Below are positions 28,629 to 36,887 of a stretch of 64,000 nucleotides of DNA, in pieces. The number at the start of each line of letters is the position of its first letter. Positions within the stretch are counted from its first letter, which is position 1. Origin of the DNA: an uncultured Desulfobacter sp. (GTDB lineage: Bacteria; Desulfobacterota; Desulfobacteria; Desulfobacterales; Desulfobacteraceae). The stretch spans positions 5,120,001 to 5,184,000 of the forward strand of contig OY762069.1 in NCBI GenBank assembly GCA_963665095.1, in the 5' to 3' direction. The notes under the pieces were generated by a model. It had not been told where the DNA came from. It was given only the letters and a program-made list of their open reading frames with translations, and did no database searches. The translations under genes were made by a program, and so were the position numbers.

Positions 28629-30533
28629 TTATGACTCCTTTTTCGGGCCGGGCGGTTCGTTCATATCATGTTCGTTCATATCAAAGGACATGATCACTTC
28701 AATCTCCCCGCCCTCGCCCCGTATGAATTTGGCGTGGGGGTAGGTATTCTTGAATACATTGAGCATTTTGTGGTTTTCCGCCAGAACAATGGCGGTAAAG
28801 CAGGTGTAATTATTCTGCCGGGCGATCTGTTCCAGGCAGTTCAGCAGGAAGGTGGCAATCCCCTGTCCATGCAAATCCTCCTGCACCAGGAATGCCACTT
28901 CAGCGCTTTGGCTGTCCACCTCTGCATAGGAGGCCACCGCCACTATTTCTTTGCGCTTACCCTGCTGTATCAGGGCGATGAGGGTCATATTCCTGCTGTA
29001 ATCCACCTGGCTCCACATCTGCTGGAGCAGTTTCCGGGAAAAGACCTTCCGCCGGTTAAAAAAACGGAAATAGATGGAGTCTTCCTGAAGGGAGTAGTAA
29101 AAATTTCTGGATTCAAATTCGTCTGACGGCTGCAGGGGGCGGACCTCCAGGTGTTTGCCGCCGGCAAGGGTCATGAGGTATTTGTAGGCATTGAGAAATA
29201 CCAGATCCTGGCTGGTGGGGGGCAGCTGATCACTGAAGATGTAATGACGCTTCTTGGCCTCTTCAATCAGTTCCTTGCGGAATTTCGGGTGGGCAATCTG
29301 GACCAGTTCTATGACCCGCTGAAAAATGCTTTTACGCCGGATTTCCGCGATGCCATATTCAGTGACCACAATGTCAATATCTCCCCGGGCCGTGGCCACA
29401 CCCGCGCCTTCGCTCAGGTGCGGGACAATTCTGGATACTTTGCCGTTCTGGGCTGTGGAGGGAATAATGACAATGGAAAATCCCCCTTTGGACATGGCAG
29501 AGCCCCTGATAAAATCCACCTGGTCGCCAATGCCTGAATAAAACATATATCCCTTTGAATCTGTGCAGATCTGTCCTGTGAGATCCACCTCCAGTGCCGA
29601 ACTGATGGAGATCAGATTGTCGTTTTTTGCAATGACATTGGGGTCGTTGACAAATTCCGAGGATATGAAATAGAACATGGGGTTGTCATTCACATACTCA
29701 TATAACTGCCTGGAGCCCATGCACAGAGATGCCACGGCCCGCTGCCCGAGATAGTTCTTTCTGCGGTTGGTGATCACTTTCTGCTCAAACAGAGGCAGCA
29801 TCCCTTCTGTGATGACCTGGGTGTGAATGCCCAGGTCTTTTTTGCCGGCCAGGTAGGGCAGAACAGCATCGGGCAGATGGCCGAATCCGATCTGCAGGGT
29901 GGCACCGTCGTCCACCAGCTGACTCACATAGTTCCCAATCCGTTCGATAACTGTTTTGTTTTTGGATATGGGGATGGATTCCAGCAGGTCTTCTTCGTAT
30001 TCCACGATATAGTCTATGTCGTCAATGTGGACCAGGGAGTCCCCCCAGGTCCTGGGCATATGTGGGTTTACCTGGGCAATGGTGACAGAGGCGTTTTTTG
30101 TCCCGGACAGGGTAATGTCCACGGAGATGCCTAAAGAACAGTACCCGTGCGGGTCAGGAGGACTGACCTGGATCAGGGCAAAATCCAGGCCAATCTCATT
30201 ATCACTGAAAACTTTGGGAATCTGTGACAGGTAGACCGGGATGTAATCGATCTTTCCTTCATATGCAAATTTACGCATGAGAACGGAAATAAAAAAGAGC
30301 TTAATGGAAAACCGGGATGAAAAGTTATCATCATTGAGGTATTCCGCCAGGGTGGTTGACAGCATCTGATAGACAACAATGTCCTGCAGAGACTGGTTTT
30401 CGACCATGGCCCGGATCAGCTGCTGGGGTTCCCCGCATCCTGTGCCGATGAATACCCGTGATCCATTACGAATTTTCCTGACGCTTTCTTCCGCGGTGAG
30501 CAGCTTTTCAGGGCAGACCTGTTTTAAATCCAT
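28629..30533 (-). CDS. Acetyl-CoA hydrolase/transferase-family domain fused to a C-terminal GNAT acetyltransferase
   Basis: QVSPPD, DGATLQIG, SGIGDQVDF, VVTEYG; GNAT AEVAFLV...HGQGIAT...ENHKM. Confidence 0.9.
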   Translation of the reverse strand: MDLKQVCPEKLLTAEESVRKIRNGSRVFIGTGCGEPQQLIRAMVENQSLQDIVVYQMLSTTLAEYLNDDNFSSRFSIKLFFISVLMRKFAYEGKIDYIPVYLSQIPKVFSDNEIGLDFALIQVSPPDPHGYCSLGISVDITLSGTKNASVTIAQVNPHMPRTWGDSLVHIDDIDYIVEYEEDLLESIPISKNKTVIERIGNYVSQLVDDGATLQIGFGHLPDAVLPYLAGKKDLGIHTQVITEGMLPLFEQKVITNRRKNYLGQRAVASLCMGSRQLYEYVNDNPMFYFISSEFVNDPNVIAKNDNLISISSALEVDLTGQICTDSKGYMFYSGIGDQVDFIRGSAMSKGGFSIVIIPSTAQNGKVSRIVPHLSEGAGVATARGDIDIVVTEYGIAEIRRKSIFQRVIELVQIAHPKFRKELIEEAKKRHYIFSDQLPPTSQDLVFLNAYKYLMTLAGGKHLEVRPLQPSDEFESRNFYYSLQEDSIYFRFFNRRKVFSRKLLQQMWSQVDYSRNMTLIALIQQGKRKEIVAVASYAEVDSQSAEVAFLVQEDLHGQGIATFLLNCLEQIARQNNYTCFTAIVLAENHKMLNVFKNTYPHAKFIRGEGGEIEVIMSFDMNEHDMNEPPGPKKES

Positions 30534-30629
30534 AGTTTTTCTCCTGCCGGTTAAATGCCAGAGTCGAAATCTTTTAAGCCCTTGTACAGGTCAAAGCAAA
30601 CCACAAAACAGCCGAATAATCAATTGTCT

Positions 30630-31892
30630 TTATTGTTTGAAGATCGTTTTGGGTTCAAAATTCAACGTGGCAAAATAGTCATCCAGGTTTTCTGCACGGC
30701 GGATCAGCTCAATACTTCCATCGCTTTTAAGCAGCAGTTCTTTAGGGCGAAGGTGACCATTGTAATTAAATCCCATGGCGTGGCCGTGGGCGCCTGTGTC
30801 ATGGATAACCAGAAGGTCTGACTCCCGGGTTTCCGGCAGATCCCTCTGGATGGCGAATTTGTCATTGTTCTCACACAGAGCGCCCACCACATCCACGGTT
30901 TTTACCGGTGCGGATGCCGGTTTTCCGTGGATATGAATATGGTGGTAGGCCCCATACATGCCCGGGCGCATCAGGGAGGACATGGAGGCGTCCACGCCCA
31001 CATAGTTGCGGTAGGTGTTTTTGTGGTTGATGACCGAGGTGACAAGTGCGCCGTGGGGACCGGTAATGAACCGGGCACTTTCCATATAAAGCCTGGGTAC
31101 CCAGCCATTTTTTGCCTCAAAGGTTTCAAAGGCCTGGACAATACCTTTGGCCATGCCGGTGATATTGAAAGGTGCTGCATCCGGAGTGTAGGGAATCCCG
31201 ATGCCACCGCCGATGTTGATAAATTCAAAGCGGATATCCAGTGCCGCGGTGATTTCCTGACATAAATCCAGCAGCATAACAGCTGTGTCAATCATATATT
31301 GATAGTTGGATTCATTGGATGCCAGCATGGTATGAAGGCCAAACTGTTTCACCCCAAGGGCTTTGGCCTGCTCATAGGCTGAAAATATCTGGGCTCTGGT
31401 CAATCCGTATTTGGCCTCTTCGGGTTTGCCGATAATGGCATTTCCCTGACGTTCGGCGCCGGGGTTGTATCTGAAACAGAGCCGTTCCGGGATTTCCGGC
31501 AGTTTGGGAATCAGGGTAATATCATCCAGGTTGATGATACTGCCACCCTGGTCCATGGCAATTTTCAACTGCTCCCTGGTGGTGTTGTTGGAGGTAAACA
31601 TGATCTCCTCAGCCTGGCTGCCGACCTTGCGGGACAACATAAGCTCCGCGACAGAAGAGCAGTCAAAGCCGAATCCCTGTGATTTAAGCACAGTCATCAC
31701 AGCGGGATTAGGCAGGGCTTTAACTGCAAAATATTCTTTAAATCCTTTAATCGGGGCAAACACTTTTTTCAGTTTTTCGCAGGTCTGAATAATTCCTGCT
31801 TCATCATAGATATGAAAAGGCGTACCAAAGGCAGCCGCCGCATTTTCGATAACAAAAGAAAGGCGGGTTTTAAACTCAGATGACATGGGCAT
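30630..31892 (-). CDS. lysA: Diaminopimelate decarboxylase
   Basis: FAVKA (PLP Lys), AKYG, NIGGG, CENND, GAHGHAMGFNYN. Confidence 0.88.
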   Translation of the reverse strand: MPMSSEFKTRLSFVIENAAAAFGTPFHIYDEAGIIQTCEKLKKVFAPIKGFKEYFAVKALPNPAVMTVLKSQGFGFDCSSVAELMLSRKVGSQAEEIMFTSNNTTREQLKIAMDQGGSIINLDDITLIPKLPEIPERLCFRYNPGAERQGNAIIGKPEEAKYGLTRAQIFSAYEQAKALGVKQFGLHTMLASNESNYQYMIDTAVMLLDLCQEITAALDIRFEFINIGGGIGIPYTPDAAPFNITGMAKGIVQAFETFEAKNGWVPRLYMESARFITGPHGALVTSVINHKNTYRNYVGVDASMSSLMRPGMYGAYHHIHIHGKPASAPVKTVDVVGALCENNDKFAIQRDLPETRESDLLVIHDTGAHGHAMGFNYNGHLRPKELLLKSDGSIELIRRAENLDDYFATLNFEPKTIFKQ

Positions 31893-31931
31893 GGGTCAGG
31901 GTTCCTTTAAACAAAATTATAAAGTTAAGAA

Positions 31932-32399
31932 TCATGACAGATCAGATTCATCCGGCAGCCTTATTTTGGCGCTCTCCTTGAATGTGGACAGCGCAATAAA
32001 GGTCTTTGTGGATTGAATATTTTCAAAGGAGGCGATCCGGGTCTGGATCAGGTCTTCCAGTTCCGGGATTCCTGATGTTTTTATTTTGATCATTAATGCG
32101 TCACTGCCGGCCAGGTGATGAACCTCCTGGACCTGTTCAATGGCTGTCAGCAGATTGCCGGTTTCCCGAATCAGGGCGGGGCGCATGACCTGGACGCAGA
32201 CAAAGGCGGTGACGGCACAGCCGAACATATCCGGATTCAGGCGGACCTCATATCCCTGGATAATACCTTTGGCCTCCAGTTTTTTAATACGTTCAAGCAC
32301 GGCTGAAGGCGCCATGCCTATGGTTCTGGAGACCTCAACATTGGGGATTCTGGCTTTTTTCTGAAGAATTTTTAATATTTCAAGATCTGTTTTATCCAT
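31932..32399 (-). CDS. Lrp/AsnC family regulator
   Basis: N-terminal HTH (LERIKKLE..GII.GY) followed by a RAM domain. Confidence 0.92.
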   Translation of the reverse strand: MDKTDLEILKILQKKARIPNVEVSRTIGMAPSAVLERIKKLEAKGIIQGYEVRLNPDMFGCAVTAFVCVQVMRPALIRETGNLLTAIEQVQEVHHLAGSDALMIKIKTSGIPELEDLIQTRIASFENIQSTKTFIALSTFKESAKIRLPDESDLS

Positions 32400-32455
32400 G
32401 ACAATACCGGGTTTTCTGTGTTAAATATATCATATAAAATTTATTCGTGTTGACC

Positions 32456-32499
32456 AGAATAATATTCGCGATATTTTATTGTGTCAAGAATATTATTCT
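32456..32499 (-). promoter_or_regulatory. Sigma70 promoter of lrp-lysA overlapped by two Lrp-type boxes
   Basis: Minus strand TTGACA(32487-32482)-N17-TATTAT(32464-32459); boxes AGAATAATATTCG (32456) and AGAATATTATTCT (32487). Confidence 0.7.
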
Positions 32500-32732
32500 A
32501 AAATTTGCCAAATAAATGAATAAAAATTTCTAATTGTTCCGTATGGACGATGCAAGGCCGTTTGATTGATGTTGATAAATTACCATGTTTCATATACATG
32601 TAATTTTTTATATGAAAGAATCTATAACCTGCAGGGTTTCTTTCATGCTTCGTTCAGGGATGAACCTGGATACGAAGACCAGGTCAGCCCATGGCTGTTA
32701 TTTGAACTCCAATTAACAACAGGTTGAGGTGG

Positions 32733-34265
32733 ATGGATAAGGATAACATCAAAATCCTGGTGGTGGATGATGAAGACGGCATCCTGGATGTCACCGAAGG
32801 ATTTTTTGAGAGAAAAGGGTATGAGGTATTTACTGCAGAGAACGGGATGGACGCGCTGGATATTGTCAACCGTGAAAAAATAGACTGCATTTTTACCGAT
32901 ATCAATATGCCCGTGATGGACGGACTTGAATTTGCCGAAAGGATTCGTCAGATTGAAAGTACCCTGCCGGTGGTGGTGATGACGGGGTATCCCTCCCTTG
33001 AAAGTACCATTCAGACCCTGAAAAACGGGGTTGTGGATTACCTGATCAAGCCGGTAAACCTTGAACAGATGGAATTGACCCTGCGCAGGATTCTGCGCGA
33101 ACGGGAACTGTTTGTTGAAAATCTTATATTAAAAGAGGAGGTTGAACGCCGGGAACGTCTGCAGCAACTCAATTATGAACTGGTTAAAAAGGTGGAGAAG
33201 GTTAATACCCTGAACCGGATCATGGAAGACTTTGCCGCCATCGATTCCAGTTACGAAATATTCAATAAGGTTGTCAGCCTTGGTGTGGAGGAATTAAAGG
33301 CAGATATGGTTTTTTTCCATGTCTGTTCAGAACATGATAATTCTCTGGTTCTGGTGGACAAAGCGGATGCTTCTCAGGGAAAACACGAGAAATTAGAGGC
33401 GTATTCACGGGATATTCCAGATATTGAAAAAAGATATATCCTTGATGCACTGGGCAGCGACCACAATCCCTGTCTTATTTCAGATGCATCCCGGATCCCG
33501 TCACTGGGAGAGGCTGTCCGCTCTTTTATGGTGGTCCCGGTAAAGATCAGGGATAAAATTTTCGGTGTTGTCTGCGCGTATATTTTTCACAATGAAATAC
33601 TATTTGGAGAACAGGATATTTACTATCTGAATTTTATTACCCAGAAAGCAGCGGCCGCCATTGAAAATATTGCCCTGTATGAAAATATCTACGAAAATCT
33701 GTTTTCCACCCTGTTTGCTTTTGTTACCGCCCTTGAAGTGCGAGATCTTTATACGCGCAAACATTCCACACGGGTGGCCAGATACGCCCATATGATTGCC
33801 GAAGAGATGGGGTGTACGGAAGAGGAGTTGGATATAATCAATGTGGCAGGCAGCCTTCATGATATCGGAAAGATCGGAATTCCTGACGATATCTTGTTAA
33901 AACCGGGTCGCCTGACGGAACAGGAATACGAAAAAATTAAAGAGCACCCGGTTATTGGTGCGGATATTATCAGCAAACTGGGCCTGTGGGGCCGGGAGGC
34001 CGAGATTATCCGGCACCATCATGAGCGGTATGACGGGCAGGGCTATCCTGACCGCCTTAAAGGAGATAGTATTCCCCGGCTGGCAAGAATCCTGTCTGTT
34101 GCAGACTGCTATGATGCCATGGCATCAGACAGGTCATACCGGAAAAAGATGGACAAAAAAGATGTTCTTGACATTATTGTACAGAATTCCGGCACGCAGT
34201 TTGACCCTGAAGCAGTGGCGGTTTTTTTGCGGGTGGCGGAACAGGACCTTCCCGATGATTTTTAA
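32733..34265 (+). CDS. REC-GAF-HD-GYP c-di-GMP phosphodiesterase response regulator
   Basis: VVDDE/TDINMP/IKP receiver, GAF-like middle region, HDIGK and HHERYDGQGYP. Confidence 0.92.
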   Translation: MDKDNIKILVVDDEDGILDVTEGFFERKGYEVFTAENGMDALDIVNREKIDCIFTDINMPVMDGLEFAERIRQIESTLPVVVMTGYPSLESTIQTLKNGVVDYLIKPVNLEQMELTLRRILRERELFVENLILKEEVERRERLQQLNYELVKKVEKVNTLNRIMEDFAAIDSSYEIFNKVVSLGVEELKADMVFFHVCSEHDNSLVLVDKADASQGKHEKLEAYSRDIPDIEKRYILDALGSDHNPCLISDASRIPSLGEAVRSFMVVPVKIRDKIFGVVCAYIFHNEILFGEQDIYYLNFITQKAAAAIENIALYENIYENLFSTLFAFVTALEVRDLYTRKHSTRVARYAHMIAEEMGCTEEELDIINVAGSLHDIGKIGIPDDILLKPGRLTEQEYEKIKEHPVIGADIISKLGLWGREAEIIRHHHERYDGQGYPDRLKGDSIPRLARILSVADCYDAMASDRSYRKKMDKKDVLDIIVQNSGTQFDPEAVAVFLRVAEQDLPDDF

Positions 34266-34347
34266 TGGCTTGAGACATAAAATAAAATATGCTAACTTAA
34301 ATTTGACCATCACGGTATGACGATCTTAAAAGTGGAGTGAAACTGCA

Positions 34348-34701
34348 TTGGGCCTTTCAGACAAAGACGACAGACGAAAATATTCCAGGGTAGTTTTTAC
34401 AACGAAAATCGAAATTCGTATGCATGACGAGGCTGGGCAGGCAGTTCTGCTTGAGGCAAACTCAAAAGATTTAAGCCAGAGAGGCGTATTCGTCAAAACC
34501 GGGAAAAAATACGCCATAGGCACGGAATGTCGGGTGAATATCTATCTGTCCGGCGGCATAGAAGATGTCAAGCTGGACATACAGGGGCGTATCGTCAGGC
34601 ATACGGATATTGGATTTGGTGTGGAGTTTGACTCCATGGATGTGGACACCTATACCCATTTGAAAACGCTTATTTTATATAATAGTGAGCAAGCTGAATA
34701 G
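34348..34701 (+). CDS. PilZ domain protein
   Basis: RKYSR (RxxxR) and DLSQRG (DxSxxG) motifs intact. Confidence 0.88.
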   Translation: MGLSDKDDRRKYSRVVFTTKIEIRMHDEAGQAVLLEANSKDLSQRGVFVKTGKKYAIGTECRVNIYLSGGIEDVKLDIQGRIVRHTDIGFGVEFDSMDVDTYTHLKTLILYNSEQAE

Positions 34702-34772
34702 GCGTTGTATAATGGTCTGCCCGACCTGCCCGGCAGAATCAGGACGTTGAAACCGGCCGGAGAAATTAGACT

Positions 34773-35234
34773 TTGGATGTTACATTAATAAACCCTTTTA
34801 TCAATGCGACCATTAATGTGCTGGAGACCATGGCGTTTGTAACGGTTACGGCTGGAAAACCCTATGTGAAAAAAGATAATATCGCTGTGGGGGACGTGAC
34901 CGGTGTCATGGGGCTTACAGGTGTGGCTATGGGAACCATTGCCGTGACCTTTGAGGAAAAATGCATCTTGAAGGTTGTTTCCAATATGTTTGGAGAAAAC
35001 ATAGAGGAGCTTAACGATGATATCGCTGATGCTGTAGGTGAATTAACCAATATGATTTCAGGACAGGCCCGACGGGAGCTTGATGAAGCAGGCAAAGTGT
35101 TTAAAGCAGCCATACCGACAGTGATTACGGGGAAAAGGCATTCCGTCCGGCACTATGGGGATGGCCCCAAAATCGCAATACCTTTTCAGACCGATGGCGG
35201 TGATTTTACAATTGAGGTGTGCTTTGACAGGTAA
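34773..35234 (+). CDS. cheX: Chemotaxis phosphatase CheX
   Basis: INPFI, DAVGELTNMISG (ExxN). Confidence 0.92.
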   Translation: MDVTLINPFINATINVLETMAFVTVTAGKPYVKKDNIAVGDVTGVMGLTGVAMGTIAVTFEEKCILKVVSNMFGENIEELNDDIADAVGELTNMISGQARRELDEAGKVFKAAIPTVITGKRHSVRHYGDGPKIAIPFQTDGGDFTIEVCFDR

Positions 35235-35273
35235 AAGATGGGTTTCAATCCAATTAAGGAGGAAAATGTGCCA

Positions 35274-35648
35274 ATGGACACATCCATCAAGATTTTGATT
35301 GTTGACGATTTTGCGACCATGCGCCGTATTCTGAAGAATATTTTAAAACAGCTTGGTTTTAAAAATCTGGTGGAAGCCGATGATGGTACAACGGCGTGGG
35401 AGGTCCTTGAGAGCCAGGAGATTGACCTGATCATTTCCGACTGGAACATGCCCAAGATGACAGGGCTCGAGCTGTTGAAAAGAGTCAGGGCCAGTACCCA
35501 GTATAAGACGGCCCCCTTCTTAATGGTCACCGCCGAGGCTCAGAAACAGAATGTTATAGAAGCCGTCCAGGCCGGTGTTTCCAATTATGTGGTCAAGCCT
35601 TTCACTGCAGAGGCCATCTCCGACAAACTTACAAAGATTTTAAAGTGA
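35274..35648 (+). CDS. cheY: Chemotaxis response regulator CheY
   Basis: IVDDFATMRRI, SDWNMP, MVTAE, YVVKPF. Alternative start GTG 35268. Confidence 0.95.
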   Translation: MDTSIKILIVDDFATMRRILKNILKQLGFKNLVEADDGTTAWEVLESQEIDLIISDWNMPKMTGLELLKRVRASTQYKTAPFLMVTAEAQKQNVIEAVQAGVSNYVVKPFTAEAISDKLTKILK

Positions 35649-36715
35649 GCCCGGCGTCAATGGCCCAAGCTGCAGCCGAAGAAAAAGCAGTGCCTGCCCA
35701 GACTATGCCGGACTCGTTGCCGGCTTTTGACCGCAGCGGTATTGCCGGTGTCAGCAAGGGGATGACAGCCGTGCTTGACCGGGTCCGTAAAGTGGCCCGC
35801 TCTGATTCATCCGTACTGATTACAGGGGAGAGCGGCACCGGCAAAGAACTCATCGCACGGGCTATTCACAAAAATTCAGACAGAAAAGACGGCCCCATGG
35901 TAGTAATTAATTGCGGGGCCATACCTGGTGAACTGTTGGAAAGCGAACTGTTCGGGCATGAAAAAGGGGCTTTTACCGGTGCCCACAGATCCAGGACCGG
36001 ACGGTTTGAAATCGCTGATAAAGGCACTATTTTCCTGGATGAAATCGGGGATATGAGCCCTGAACTGCAGGTCAAGCTATTGCGCGCCCTGCAGGAAAGG
36101 CGGTTTGAGCGGGTGGGCGGTTCCCAGACCATAGAGGTGGATATCCGGGTAATTTCAGCCACCAATAAAAATCTGACAGCTGCTATTGAAAACAAGGAGT
36201 TCCGGGAAGATTTGTATTATCGTCTGAATGTGATACCCATCAAAATTCTACCCTTGAGAGACCGTCCCGAAGATATCATGCCGCTTGTTGACCATTTCCA
36301 GGCAGGACTGTCCCGGCGTAGTGCCCACTACACCCCCAAAGTATTTCCTGAAAAAGTCAGACAGGTGCTTTTAACCTATGAATGGCCGGGAAATATCAGA
36401 GAGCTTGAGAATTTGGTGGAAAGGTTGTCAGTGCTGGCCGAGGGGGATACGGTCTGCACGGAGGATCTGCCGGGTTGTATGATGGGGGCCGTATCAGACC
36501 CTGCCATGGTCAGTGTGGCCGGGGTGTTTCGTAATAATGTCGGGTTTGCAGAAGCCGTTGAATTATATCAGAAATCTTTAATTACCCATGCCCTTAACGA
36601 AACCGGCTGGGTAAAAGCCAAAGCTGCCCAGATGCTAAAAATGAACCGGACCACCCTGGTGGAAAAGATAAAAAAAATGGACCTTGAACCGGAAAGCCAG
36701 ATGCCGGTATTTTGA
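35645..36715 (+). CDS. Sigma54 enhancer-binding protein without a sensory domain (FleQ/FlrA-like)
   Basis: [22 protein letters not shown] and NRTTLVEK HTH. Confidence 0.88.
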   Translation: MSPASMAQAAAEEKAVPAQTMPDSLPAFDRSGIAGVSKGMTAVLDRVRKVARSDSSVLITGESGTGKELIARAIHKNSDRKDGPMVVINCGAIPGELLESELFGHEKGAFTGAHRSRTGRFEIADKGTIFLDEIGDMSPELQVKLLRALQERRFERVGGSQTIEVDIRVISATNKNLTAAIENKEFREDLYYRLNVIPIKILPLRDRPEDIMPLVDHFQAGLSRRSAHYTPKVFPEKVRQVLLTYEWPGNIRELENLVERLSVLAEGDTVCTEDLPGCMMGAVSDPAMVSVAGVFRNNVGFAEAVELYQKSLITHALNETGWVKAKAAQMLKMNRTTLVEKIKKMDLEPESQMPVF

Positions 36716-36829
36716 CGCCTGCCGCCGGAATTCCCTGCACCCTTCGTTTTAGCCCTTTCTCCTGAAATCAATTGCCAGTCATGCTTTTTTTTGGTTGCCG
36801 GATTTGATATGATACATCCGTTTGGGGTA

Positions 36830-36845
36830 TGGCATATTATTTGCT
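36830..36845 (+). promoter_or_regulatory. Sigma54 (-24/-12) promoter of the TPR gene
   Basis: TGGCATATTATTTGCT, GG-N10-GC, about 40 nt upstream of ATG 36888. Confidence 0.8.
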
Positions 36846-36887
36846 TTTTAATTCTCCAACCATGAACCCATCGGATATGAGAATGTC

